From contig CM097885.1 in assembly GCA_044892525.1 (NCBI GenBank), positions 32,614,001-32,678,000 of the forward strand: a DNA stretch of 64,000 nucleotides, read 5' to 3'. Origin of the DNA: Schmidtea polychroa (lineage: Eukaryota). Positions 39,720-52,180 of this stretch are shown here, in pieces; within the stretch, counting starts at the first letter, position 1, and every line of letters starts with the position of its first letter. The translations under genes were made by a program, and so were the position numbers. The notes under the pieces were generated by a model, which was not told the DNA's origin, made no database searches, and saw only the letters and a program-made list of their open reading frames with translations.

Positions 39720-40404
39720 TGTAGTGCCTCTGACTAGCACTTTTATCAATTTAATAGTTGAACTAAAAATATATTAAATTAATTAAATTTAAAAAAAATT
39801 TAAAACGATATTGACATCAATCACGTCATGATCAACCTTTCCAGATTAAAACCAGCCTTTTGCACCCTTGAATACGACGAAATCCCAAACAACCATATCA
39901 CAAAAGACTATAACATAAACGAAGACATATTAGAAGACATGGAACAACCGACAACACTACCAGACACACCAAATGTTCAACTCCTTCAAAAACATCCGCC
40001 ATTCCCCTCCAGGCGAACACGTAAAATCCCTCAATACCTCTCGGATTATTATCTTCAGTGACTGCTTCCACCATTATCGCCGTCTTTATCTTTTGATACG
40101 CTCCGCGTACTTCTGTGGGGGCTATTGTAGTGACTCTGACTAGCACTTTTATCAATTTAATAATTGAACTAAAATGTCTAACGAAGTCACTGAAGTCGAA
40201 CAAGTTGAAGAAGTTGAAGAATCATCAAATCGAGTCAAAATCAATAGATCAAATACGTCAGAAATACAGGAAACAGAAACCTTCATCTTATTCACAATTA
40301 TATCTCTGATGATGTTCAAGATCTTCAACAATTTTAATTGCAATAAAGTTCAAATTAATTGTATGTCTCTGCAATGTGATTAATAATTATTAAATTCTAC
40401 TACA
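39720..40404 (+). mobile_element. LTR retrotransposon relic (partial 5' LTR, integrase tail, 3' LTR)
   Basis: Repeat TGTAGTG.CTCTGACTAGCACTTTTATC at 39720 and 40126. The ORF ends RRTRKIPQYLSDY (gypsy integrase tail), followed by a G-rich PPT and an LTR 40126..40404 ending ACTACA. No TSD seen. Confidence 0.65.
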
Positions 40405-42970
40405 AACTCATAAGACAAAGTTTTTTCATATTTAATGACAAACATTTTAAACAAAAAATTAAAGTTGAGATTACAATTCCAATGTTAAATTTCATTATGT
40501 TTATGGCATTGCTCTAATTAAACTTGTCCAAACTTGTCACTCATAGCTAATTGAATTTTCATAAATTAGAAATTAATTTATACAATTTCATGAATTATTA
40601 ATAATGAAAATCTCGCTGGTGCTGTTAGAAAATATAAATAAAGTAAGCCACCTGTTGGTCATACACAAATCGCTTATTTGTATGAAAACTTGTAAATACT
40701 GTAAAAGGCTGACATGAAATTTGTCACAATGTCAGATTTAGAATCATATTAAAATCTATAAAAATTTAATCATTTTCTAATGAAGCTGATTTCCTTGTTC
40801 ATTGTCTGTCAACCGTTTTATTTTTATGTTTCTGTATTTCTTAATTGAACCTCATCTAGATCAGTATTTATTTATTAATATTTAGGTATAATCTAATCGT
40901 TTCGCGAAATTTTAAAAATGTAGAACTAATTTTTATAAAGCTATTTAAAAATATTTTTTTGAAGTAGCACTCAAACTCGTGAACATTTATTATTACCTTG
41001 ATAAGCGTTTTTTCATAATTTTTCTTAAATAATATTGTCATTGATCCGCGTAAAAGAAGTTGAATATTTTTTGATTCGTTGTAAGTTTTGGGTTGAGATA
41101 TTTAAGTATTTCTATTTTACAAATTTTAGTTTCGTGGAAAGTACAATTTAAAACTATTATAATACTATAATAAATAATATGTGTCAATTAATTTGACTAT
41201 GTCATTTTGAATCTATGTTCCAGGAGTCGGATCAACTTGTGCATAAGAAGGTATTTATTTTTCTTATTCCATTTTTTCCCTGTCCTTTTTCATTTTTAGA
41301 CTGAAACTATTCTGTCGATTTCAGTGATTTTTTATCTCATAAAATGATATAAATTATGTAAAAATTAATGTGAATATTCTGAATACCATTTACATGTAAA
41401 CTTATTTATAGTACTTGATTCCAGAGAGAATAAGTGCCCCTTTCCTTCTCTGTGGACGCTCATATTTGTTTGTATTTTTGATAAATATATTAATTTAAAT
41501 ATATTAAGTCAAAATTAGTTAAATTATGTTGAATTAAATAAATTTAAATAAAGTTAAATTCAGTCAAAATTAAGTTATTTTTAAATATTCTACAAGTTGG
41601 CAATAAATCATGCCGACGGTATCCAAATTTAGCTCTGTGTGAAGTTAGGTACACTTTTTAATGTACACTAATTAAATTTTATAAATAACTCTTTATTGTC
41701 TAGCAATATATCTATTAGAAGCTGCTAACACATCTTCTAAATTGTTTTTTAAATCCGGTTCAAAAGTTAATTTCGTAATTCCAAGTATTTATTTAATGAA
41801 ATATTGTATAATTTCCAAACAAATTTTCAGCGTTGAATAAAATATTTCAAAAACCATTTATTAAAATTTTGATATTTAAAATATATTTATTTAAAAATGA
41901 TTTACTAATAAAAAGTGTTTAATTTTACAATTTAACAATTTCAAAATGTCAATTTAAAAAATTCAATTTTATAATTATTTTAAAAGTTATTTTAATCGTC
42001 AATTATTTATCATTTAAAATAAATCTTAATAAATCATTGAAATATTTAATTCTCAGCTGAAAACACCTCACAATATCAATGTATTTGTAGGTAGTGAAGT
42101 CTTAGTCAACTATTTTAACATTATTTCTATTAAAAATAGAAGCCATCGTCAGGTAAGAATTATAGATATTATAGATTTTATGAACAAATTTTATAGATTT
42201 TTCTTTAAAAAAATATTTTAATTTAAATATTAAAATTATTTTACAATTTGTACTAAATATGTTTATTTATTTTTTTAAAGTTGTTTAAATTTATTTCTAA
42301 GTAGAAATTCCATCGTCCTAATTGGTACTACGTTTACTTTTCAGAAACAGAAAATCTATTAGATGCATGTCATAATTTGACAGAAATAATGTATAAATTA
42401 TACACCATAATTTGATGATGGATTACATTGATGACTTACATCCTATTTTATTATAGGTTTTCTTGAGAGATCTTTAAATAAACTAAAGTAATCTAGGAAG
42501 GATTTGTGTTAAATTAAGCTCACTCAACGTTTAAATGAATAACAAAAATGAATTGGTCAATTTAAAATCTAAATATAAGGATTAAATTTATTATGTTATT
42601 TTAAATTATTTTTAAATGCGAATTAAATGCGATCATGTTTTTTATAATAATAAAAATTGTTATTTAAATTTGTTTCGACAATAAGAGAGTTGTTAATCAA
42701 ATTTTATACTTGCAAATGTTATTTTATCAATATTAAAAAGTGGTCACAATTATGACTTTATTTATCGAATAAGTATTATCATCTTTGAAATTTTAATTGA
42801 ATATAATAATTTGTTAAAAGTTGTCTTCGTCTCTCAAGTTGATTTTTTTCATATTTTTATACAATTTTCTCTTAGTCTATATTGTAGTGGCAAAAAGCTT
42901 CATGGGAAATGCATCGCAGAATTACAAATCTGTATATAATTTTCGATGTTGCTAATAATATAGATTAGTA

Positions 42971-43693
42971 TGTTGGGTTATTATTATTAAAGTCGGTACT
43001 GACTCTGACTCATGCTATTTGTCTCAATTATCAAAGTAAGACCCAATACAGAACACTTTATTAAACATCAAAAAAGTTAGATACAATATTGTCTATTACA
43101 GTTTTATCTGATCTGCACTTTTCTATAAAAATTTAATAAGGTAGATTACCCAACGAAAGACCTCTTTCTATTATATTTTGAATGTGATTTTTCTTGTTAG
43201 AAATTTGATTTGATTAGAGATTAGGTCTCTTACTCTTTGCTCTTTTGTTCGATTCTCCGCTGAATTTGCTATTCTCCTTTGTAGAAACTTCCGTGTGGTT
43301 TGTTCATTCTTTGACCAAACTAGTACTTGACTATCAGTATCGTTTTTTTATATTGGTTTTCTTCATGTGATTTTTGTAATCAAATAATTGAAATAGCCAT
43401 CGAATAAAATTTGTTCAAAACAAAACAATTACGCAGGCGATCTCTCACCATTGCTCAAAGATCTCGTTTTGCAAATTCACAATTAGTTTTTTTTTATTTT
43501 GGGAGGTCTAATTTCATTATTTTCTTTACCTTTCGGGTTTCCTACATGGTTCGAATTTTCAATATGACTTGTATTCCTCACATCCTACATTGCTAATAAA
43601 TTAATTATTTATTTTTAATTAATTTGTATTTTTGAATATCTTCTACTGGGAACCCCTTTATTCGATTTGATTATATTAGTGTTTGTCTCAACA
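42971..43693. mobile_element. Solo LTR related to 16270..17088
   Basis: TGTTGGG...CTCAACA ends; shares AAGTCGGTA..CTGACTC near the same terminus. TSD is not clean. Confidence 0.6.
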
Positions 43694-45619
43694 TATGCTA
43701 TCCTTACGTATTCATTTCCCGCCAAAATTGAATACTTTAATTTTTTCAAATTTTTATAAGATTTTGGAATTTTATCGATTTCCATATTTAACTTTTTACA
43801 CGTCCAAATATCTTACGCGCTACTTTAGACGAACCCAAACAAGTAAAAATGATGAGTTCACTACAAATAAGTCCCATAAATCCTTCCTTGTCCTCAAGTA
43901 CTCGTATCTGAGTCAAATCGAAAACACAAGCAATATTAAGAACAAAATGAAATAGTACCTCCATAATAATTATTTTCTAAATTTTAGAATAGATCATTGA
44001 AAATTAATCAGTAAAAAATGTTTATTTATTATTTATAAGAGGCCCAATGCTAAATTTGCTGCGGTCCCATCTTAGTGTCAAAAGACTCGCATACTTAGTA
44101 TTAATATTCTACAGTTTTGATTTTACTATTAGTTATTTATATTAAAGCATTTATTTATTTTTGTATTTTTTATTAATGACTGTTGGGCTAGAACTGATTT
44201 CTAGACCCAAACTACTAATTGTGACTGAAACGTGCAGGTACACAACATGTAAAAAGCAAAAAGTATAGTTAAATATTAAAACCTACACCAAATAAACAAT
44301 ATTAACTAAAGGAGAAAGCAACAAAAACATAAACAAAGAAATTAAATAAAATTATACAGAAGCAAGAAGTGATGCAAAAATCTAACTCAAAAATAACCAA
44401 ACAAACATAGAATTACCAAAAGCAAACTCGAATAACTTAAAAGACGATAAAAATAGTAAAACATTCCAGAAAGACCCAGAACATTCTATAAAATGGCGAT
44501 GACCATCACAAAAGTCATCTAGAACAACAAAAGTTAAGGAAAATAAATGAATTAGTATTAAAAATAAAAAATCTCAAAAAGAAATTCATAAAAACATCAG
44601 TTAAAAATAAAAATTAAATTAAAAGTAAAATAGAATGTTCTGGAACCGTTCCAAATCCATCATGGACGTAAAGTAATGAAAAAATAATTAAAAAATAAAA
44701 ATTTAAAAATAAAAACAAAAATTATAGCACAAAAATTTCCACAAAAAATATAAAAATCATGAAATAGAAAATTCTGGAATAAAAAGAATTCGAGTTTGTT
44801 TTAACGCATCAATACATACACGTGTACAAAATAGGTATATATACTGACACGTTTCAGGCACATTAAGCATTATTTTGTTTATGCCAATATTTTATTAGAA
44901 ATTTTCCGAAAATTATTAGTAAGTAGATTTTTCTTTTGTTATTCGATGTTATCATGATTAATGTAACTATTTTAATGTAGATTAATATCCATAAGATCAA
45001 TTTCTTTTTATTTTTTATCTTTTATTAAAAATTTTTGTTTGAATACGACTGATCAGCGGCGTCTCAGTGCGTCTCTGTTCAGTCCTGCATTTGATATTAA
45101 CAATTTTTGAAACATGCAGACATGCCATATTCTATATATATATTTTTTTTTGTTTGGTCATCGGAGGTCGGCCACTTCATGGTTCTACCATGGAGTTGTG
45201 TCGATAAAACCCCTCCGCTATGGCTCTATATGCTTTATTTATCGGTCGACAGTGATGTTTCGACTCAACACAACAGTAGGGCTTGTCGTAGCGGTCACAG
45301 TGGGGCCGTGTAAGCAAGCATTCTTCCCGAGTACAAGCAAACATATTTAATTTCAACATTAAAAATCGTAGACAATAGGGTACACTAAGGTCATAATCGA
45401 GTAGATCTCAGACCCAAATTGAACACAGCAATTACAATTCAGCTAATGTAGTCGGTTAAGACCTCTCCACTTACACGTTTGTCGAACCTCATTGAGAAAT
45501 AATTTTTCGTATCAGTGTAAATGTCTCTCTCGAAATTGACCGTAATGATGCTCACGAAGGAGTTCGACAAGCGTGAATCGTAAAATGAACTATATACTCT
45601 CCTGTTACACTTAAACATC

Positions 45620-46860
45620 AGGCTATAAATGTATAATGTTCCTAAACTATAGAATATATGTTAGAATTGCTAAATACTTAGAATTCCTAAATGGTAAAAC
45701 ATAACTTACTACCGTACTTAGAATTATATGTGATAAATACGTAATACCTCTAAATTACAAATATGAGTTAATATTGTCTTCAAAAATATAATTTATAAAA
45801 GTTAAATTGTCAAATACCTCTTAATACTATGCCTGAAAATAATGCGGAATATTCATAAATTATAAAATTTTACTTTATACTATCCTCAAAATTATAATCT
45901 ATAAATGTGTAAAACATAATTTATAAATATGAAATTATAATATACATGCTTGAAAAGCAATTTTAAAAATGTGTAATATTCCTAAATTATGAAATTTTAC
46001 CCTATATTATTCTTAAAATTATAACTTATACCTGTGTAAAAATATAATTTATAAATGTCAAATTGTAAAATATAACCTAGTACTATGCTTGGAGGTATAA
46101 TTTATTATGAAATATAACCTATTTCTATACTTAAAAATATAAGTTAAAAAGGTACGTAAATAATTTTTATTGTACCTAAAAATATGATTTATAAATATGT
46201 AATATTACTAAATCATAAGATTGTATTGCTTGTGGTTCGTAAATCTTACCTTGAGATTATCAGTAGCAAACTAAAATGTAAACTCATACTACGTATAAAT
46301 TATAAATTATATCTTAGTATTTTCTGTATAAAAGTATAAAGTCATGCTACTCATAAAGTACAAATTATGTCTTAGAATTATACACAAAAATATAAACTAT
46401 AGGTTTATATTGCCCATCAATTATAGAATGTAACGTATGCATAGAATGCAAATTACAAACTATAAGGTATGATTTTGGTTATAAGTTATAATTTCGGTAT
46501 CCATAAATACAAATTATAAATTCCAAAGAATAGAAACTATAACTAGCTATATATAGCTCATGAGTCCGTAAAGTGTAAATTGCAAGGCTGAAGTGTGGAT
46601 TATGGAATAATTATATAAAGTATAAACCGTAGATTATTTTTATAAAAGTATAATCTAATTATATGTCTAAATTATAAAATTATATATCAAAATTATCTAT
46701 CTAAAAATTATATATCTAAATTACACCTCTAAATTATATATCTAAATTATATAAACTTATAAAATACCATCGTAAATTTAGATTACCAATTATAAACTAT
46801 GATTTCATACTCCATATAAGGTAAAGGACCAAATTCTGAATTCTAAGTTTATATTTCGTA
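45620..46860. repeat. Degenerate AT-rich repeat region inside the LTR
   Basis: Many variants of CTAAATTATA / AAATTATAAA units. Confidence 0.5.
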
Positions 46861-47739
46861 TATAATTGATGAATGACGAATGTATAAAATGTACAGTTGC
46901 GTATGCGAAATTAGCTAGGTTATAATTAACCCCTACGCCAAAATCATGGAGTACAATGACAAACATAAAGGAGAAGCACGCCCGACCTCTAGATCGGAAA
47001 CCGCAGTGAAGCTTGACGGTAATTTAATTAAAACTAATTTAACATCCAGTCGAAAGAGAGAATAATATTTAACATTTATTTTACAACATCAAGGTTCTAG
47101 TGGGCTGAACCAGGATTGCCGAGAGAAGTTCATTGTGGGCTGGAGTCTTGCATACTCCAGCTGTTCCCGCTCGTTGCTGGGAATTGCAAATAGGATTGAC
47201 AGTTGCGGATAATTCCTGAACTTTACGAATCTACTAATTTTAAATTTACAGTCTAACTTACTTCGAAGGATCCAGATGAATTGCAACACAGAAGGGAATG
47301 AATCTAAAAATCTAATATACCAAAATAAACTAAATTTATCAGAAAAAAGTTTTTAAATATTTAAAAGCCTTATAATTACATGTATTTAAAATTTACTATT
47401 CAAAACCATTGTAGTTTACTTTAAATTTGACCTTATTATGATTGTTACGATAAAACACCGTAAAATATGATTAATTGGTAATTTCCGCGTAAGGTAAATT
47501 TTAATGTATAGTGAAAGACTTGAATTTTAATTTAAGCAAAAGTTGAGGGTACCCTTTCAAGTACAATTTAAGTTAATCTGATTAATTGTTTAAATTATGA
47601 ACATTTGGAGTTTGTTTCATATTTTAAGCAAATTTTTTTGTTGTGTGTGGTTTCATATTAGCCCGCGAGCGTTGTAGCAGAGAGAAGCGTTCTCGTTTGC
47701 ATTGTGATAACCTTATTAATCATTGCTACCCAAACAGAT

Positions 47740-48105
47740 ATGTCACACTCAGACGACTACAGCGATGATGACGGCTACAGACAAATGATCACCCGGCTCC
47801 GGTCCCGGTACGTCTGGTTTCACATCCATCGGTGGAGCCAGGGACGGGACTTAGATTGTTCCAACCAAGTAATCCGGACGGGCCCCGAAGTGGATGCCCC
47901 GGCGTGGGTAAAAGTAGAGCCCACCAACAACGTGCTCCGGGAAGCCCGCGATCGAGCGGCCGATGAGGTGGTGGAGGCCCAAAAGCGGCTGAGGAGACTC
48001 GAGCTCCAACTCAAAGCCGAAACACTGGGGGTAACTCTTGAAGAGCTGGAGGAGACCGACACCCCTCCACGAAAACGGGGAAGGCCCCGCAAGAACCTGG
48101 CCTGA
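47740..48105 (+). CDS. LTR-encoded small protein with a coiled coil and C-terminal AT-hook
   Basis: GC-rich coding island; ATG at 47740 in frame with the track ORF; ends PPRKRGRPRKNLA. Confidence 0.6.
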   Translation: MSHSDDYSDDDGYRQMITRLRSRYVWFHIHRWSQGRDLDCSNQVIRTGPEVDAPAWVKVEPTNNVLREARDRAADEVVEAQKRLRRLELQLKAETLGVTLEELEETDTPPRKRGRPRKNLA

Positions 48106-48418
48106 CTCATCGACAGGCGCGGCTTGAATGGAATGGTTTTGACTGATTTCATCCAGTGATATTTTACCTTGTAGTAGCATGACGAATTGTATTTTTCTTT
48201 TGTTCGTTAAATCTTGACAATATAGTCTATCGTGTATCTTCGTAGTGCAATAAATTAATTTTTGTTTCGCTATTACATTTTGAACTTTATAGCTAATGGG
48301 GTGTATTCATGATTGAGGTGCCCCTTTTCTCATCACCCACTTATTAATTTCATGCACGTACTCTAACCAACTTTGCGCACCTGGATGCGAGCGATGGAAT
48401 TTATTATTATTTTCTTCA

Positions 48419-48853
48419 GTGTACCAGTTATTGGAAAACCTACGAAAGGACCGCGAACAGGCCCAGCAACAATCCGAGGGTCTCCGAGGTCGGGTCGAAA
48501 AACTCAAGCTGAAGTATCGAGAACTCCAAAGTACGTGGTTCAGTCCGGCCGACATGAAAAAACAAACTACGCGCATCTCACAACTCCAGACCCAGGCGGA
48601 GCAAGATCAGCTCGAGATCCGAGCGCTGAAGCTACAAGTGCGCTCGCTCGAGAGTAAATTGAACGAAAGGATTGTCCAGGACACCCTTTGCGAGCAGATT
48701 CGTCCTCTTGCCGTAGAGTTGGCCCGGATATACCCACCGGCCCAGACGAACAAGCCGAAACGCAAACGGTTAGGGCGGAACACCCGAGAGAAATTGAAAA
48801 GGGCCTGGCTGGCCGAGCAGGAGAAAGGGAAAGAGCCGGAAGGCAATCCATGA
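48419..48853 (+). CDS. LTR-encoded coiled-coil protein with a basic NLS-like tail (probably a spliced 3' exon)
   Basis: GC-rich, heptad-rich ORF with KPKRKR. It has no leading ATG and begins at a TTTTCTTCAG acceptor. Confidence 0.5.
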   Translation: MYQLLENLRKDREQAQQQSEGLRGRVEKLKLKYRELQSTWFSPADMKKQTTRISQLQTQAEQDQLEIRALKLQVRSLESKLNERIVQDTLCEQIRPLAVELARIYPPAQTNKPKRKRLGRNTREKLKRAWLAEQEKGKEPEGNP

Positions 48854-49235
48854 TCTTGGGAGGCGTTCGAGAGTGCGTGAACAATCCGTGTAATATGGTG
48901 GTGGCTTAATAAATGAGTCTTGTTATTTAATGAGTATGAGAGTGAACTTTGCTGTTGTCAAAAACAGGATGGTTGGCGGGAAGGCGCTTGGAAAAACAAT
49001 CTCGATGAGGGACCGAAATAAATCGGACACGTGCCTTCTATCGGCGTCCGTGAACCCATAGAGTGCTCGACAATTACAGTGCTTGGCGCGCTCACTTTTT
49101 GCGAGTACTCAACCCCTTGGTACAGTACCAACGTTGATTGCTCAACGGGTACCAAGAGGAAAACAATGTTGTATTCTGGGTTACGCTGGTAACAGCACTT
49201 AAACATTCAACCACCAGTAACCCACCATACAAATT

Positions 49236-49258
49236 TGGGGGCTCAGTCGGGATTTGAA
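49236..49258 (+). other. Primer-binding site, tRNA-Pro
   Basis: TGGGGGCTCAGTCGGGATTTGAA versus the canonical tRNA-Pro complement TGGGGGCTCGTCCGGGATTTGAA; lies directly after ...CA. Confidence 0.85.
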
Positions 49259-49951
49259 AATTTAATTGGTGAAAGAACCCGAGAATAGATATAATAGAGA
49301 GAGTAAAAGCGGATATAAAGTGATATGCATTCAAGACCGAGCAGGTTGTTTTCCCAAGCGCTTAAACTTAGTATATGGATATGCGAATATGATAAAATGT
49401 ATGTAGAATGTCTAAATGAGTGATGGAAGTTTTAAAGTATGACGACATATGAATGTATTGAAAGTGGGTATGAGAATGCTGTACGAATAACTTAGTAATA
49501 GAATGAATGAGGATAAACGAAAATTAAAACGAAAACAAATTATAATAAAATTGTAAATATCAACGATTAATAAAATGTAAATATAAGGAAATAATAAAAA
49601 TTTAAAAATAGGGAAAAGGGGGGATAGCACGCTAATAAAGATAGAACAAATGAACAATGAAATTAAACTTAATCAGAAAACGTGTAAAATATGGCGATAA
49701 GGAATGGGATATGGGTTATATATAATTAAAACGATTGTAATAAAATCACAAGATCATGAAAGAAATGTGCGCGGAATAGAGCATTAAACAGAGGGAGACG
49801 GGGTTGTTAAGGGTAATAAGTAGAATGTAAAGGTTTATCGAAGCACTAATAAAATAAAGTATTCTGGATATTAGGGGGAAAAACGATAAAAGGGGAAAAA
49901 TGACGCGGAATATTAATAAAAAGAGAACTTTAATTAATAAATCTTAATTAG

Positions 49952-50434
49952 ATGGAATCAACCGGCTACATTACAAAGAGACTCGAAAAATTCGTAGATT
50001 TAACACACAATTCGTTACAACGGCTGAATCGCAAAGCGGACCAGTTAATAAAAATCCAAGATGAGATGAGCTTGAATCCAAGACCGCAAGCTGAGGAAAT
50101 ATGTGTAATGATGAAAATAGCGACACCTAATGCAGAATTGACCACTAAAAGAGTTTATCAACTTCAAAATTTACGATTAGATAATGCCAAATTTAACATC
50201 AAATGGCAGGAGATAATGATAAAAATGGAAACGATCGAGGAAGAAATTAAAGAAGCAATCGAACATCAAGTTAAAGATTTTAGAAAATGCTTCATATGCA
50301 GAACCAATGAAATACGAGTAATGACGATTCCATGTGGTCATTTATGCTACTGCGAGAATTGCGCAGAGAAAATTAAACGATGCAACGTATGCGATACGAA
50401 TGTTAGAGAGAAAATTGTAATATACCTCCCATAA
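49952..50434 (+). CDS. Coiled-coil plus IAP-type C-terminal RING finger protein (putative E3 ligase)
   Basis: CFICRTNEIRVMTIPCGHLCYCENCAEKIKRCNVC...IYLP matches the IAP/MDM2-like terminal RING layout. No BIR domain. Confidence 0.8.
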   Translation: MESTGYITKRLEKFVDLTHNSLQRLNRKADQLIKIQDEMSLNPRPQAEEICVMMKIATPNAELTTKRVYQLQNLRLDNAKFNIKWQEIMIKMETIEEEIKEAIEHQVKDFRKCFICRTNEIRVMTIPCGHLCYCENCAEKIKRCNVCDTNVREKIVIYLP

Positions 50435-51059
50435 GGAGATGTTGTCAAATAAATTTCTTGTGAATGAATATGAAGTGATAAAATTAGTAAATTATATTAA
50501 AAATCCATTATAGCAACCGAAAGGTGTAAAACATACGATGAACATAGACATATAAAGGACACAAAATACGTTAAATAAATAGACAAGCAACACAGCAATT
50601 AGAACTAAAATCAAAGTTGAATGCAGGACTGATCATAGTCGTATGAATGAGCTGATCGCTAAGATCAGTACGATTTTTATTTCCAATTTTCTTTTCTTCC
50701 TGTTTGTTATTTTGGCATAAAGAGATACGAGAATGAGGGGATGACAAGTGAATCGTCCTTACGACACTTGCCCGGATGGGGAAATCCTGATCACCCTGAT
50801 GAGAGAATGTAGTAGGATCCATCGCAAATGTTGGGGAGTTTCTGTCCAGTGACTGATCACCACTTGTGGGAAACGAACCAACGCGATTATTATATTTTTT
50901 GTCTGGGAGACGGGGACTAACTAAAAGGGTGAATAAAAATAGAAAAATAAAATAAAAATTGAAAAACGCGCGCTAAATGTTAAAAATTTAATCCGAGAGC
51001 AGCTGCGGATTTGAAGAAACCGTTTTTGGACTTCAAATCAGATGAGAATAATGATTTTT

Positions 51060-52180
51060 CCCTAGCGAGTGATGAGGCACCCGAGTACAGCGGCTAACCA
51101 CCGGACTGTAGTGTCCAGGAGATTATCAGCCAAGGGACTGATGATGCTGGATCACCCAATACAAAAACCCGGATGCCACACCGAGTATTGGGCGCACTTT
51201 TTTGAGTTGCTAGCGGGACTTGATACAAAAACCCGGAAGGGTAGCGAGCGAGAGAGACCCAGTTACCTACACCGAGTATCAAGGAGCCCAGTGAAACGGT
51301 TGTGAGATGCGAGTCAACCGGTAAAGGACTCGTACTCAACAGGCAACCAAGATTGGACCAGTTGTGAGGCGGGAGACCGAGAGTCAACTGCATACCCAAT
51401 TTCCTTTTAGCTTCACTAGTCGGGAGATCTGGTTCATCACTTTTGAGAATCACGATCAAGGCGATTAGGCATTTCCGTGTTTTTTAAATCCTGATAGATA
51501 GGATGTTTTTTCTTCGTGATTATTGCTAGCAGGGGTCGGTACAAAACCCGGATGCCCACACCGAGTACCGATAGGCCCAGTGAAACGGCGATGAGATTAG
51601 AGTTACCGGTATTAGACTCTTTTCAATAAGCGGCCAAGAATTGAGCCAGTTGTGAGGCCTCAGCAGATTAAGAGTTTGAGTAGGAGGAGCCTCGAATTTT
51701 TGATTAGCCCGAAAGTCAACTGTCAACTCAATTTAATCGCGGTAGGGACGATAGTAGGTGTTAAAACCGAAGGCGTCTGGGGGTTGAAGAAACCTCATTT
51801 AGGGCATTTGAAACCGGTCAGGGACCGAAGACCGCGAATACGGCGTAATGGTGTAAAAGCCCAGGCGTCTAGGAGTCGTAAAAGACTTCAATTTTGATTA
51901 AACCGGCCGGAAGCCGATGCCGACGCGGAGGTCTAACAAACCAAAGCGTTGATGGGTAATAGTAGATTATATGGCGTAATGGTGTAAAAGCCCAGGCGTC
52001 TAGGAGTCGTAAAAGACTTCATGAGATTAAAATGAGTTGATTAAACCGGCCAAGGAGCCGATGGTAATTGAGTGAAATGATTTAAATGAAAATAAAGGAG
52101 TTGAACAAACCGGCCAGAGAGCCGATGGTAAATAAAGGTGGATGTAGAGGTCGCGCGAACCAAAGCATCAATGATTAACT
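51060..52180 (+). ncRNA. Array of repeated structured RNA modules in the retroelement leader
   Basis: Repeated hairpin motifs with compensatory stem changes (see findings), and an exact 49-bp repeat at 51842-51890 and 51973-52021. Confidence 0.6.

Larger units (their letters stand above)
44181..49231 (+). repeat. Putative 5' LTR (~5.05 kb)
   Basis: Starts TGTTGGG and ends CCATACA 4 nt before the PBS. The 3' boundary is well supported; the 5' boundary cannot be verified without the second LTR. Confidence 0.6.

Noticed and set aside
42091..42152. Possible later GPCR exon (SEVLVNYFNIISIKNRSHRQ) with AG/GT borders
   Set aside because: The intervening GxxVxxxYCF exon was not found and the phase does not join 34060, so it is unsupported.
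48958..49657. Minus-strand ORFs around the LTR end and PBS
   Set aside because: Short, low-complexity or without recognisable features, and they overlap cis elements.
50796..51144. CTGATGA motifs at 50796 and 51138 as hammerhead cores
   Set aside because: No correctly spaced stem II plus GAAA; the second motif is sequestered in a hairpin.
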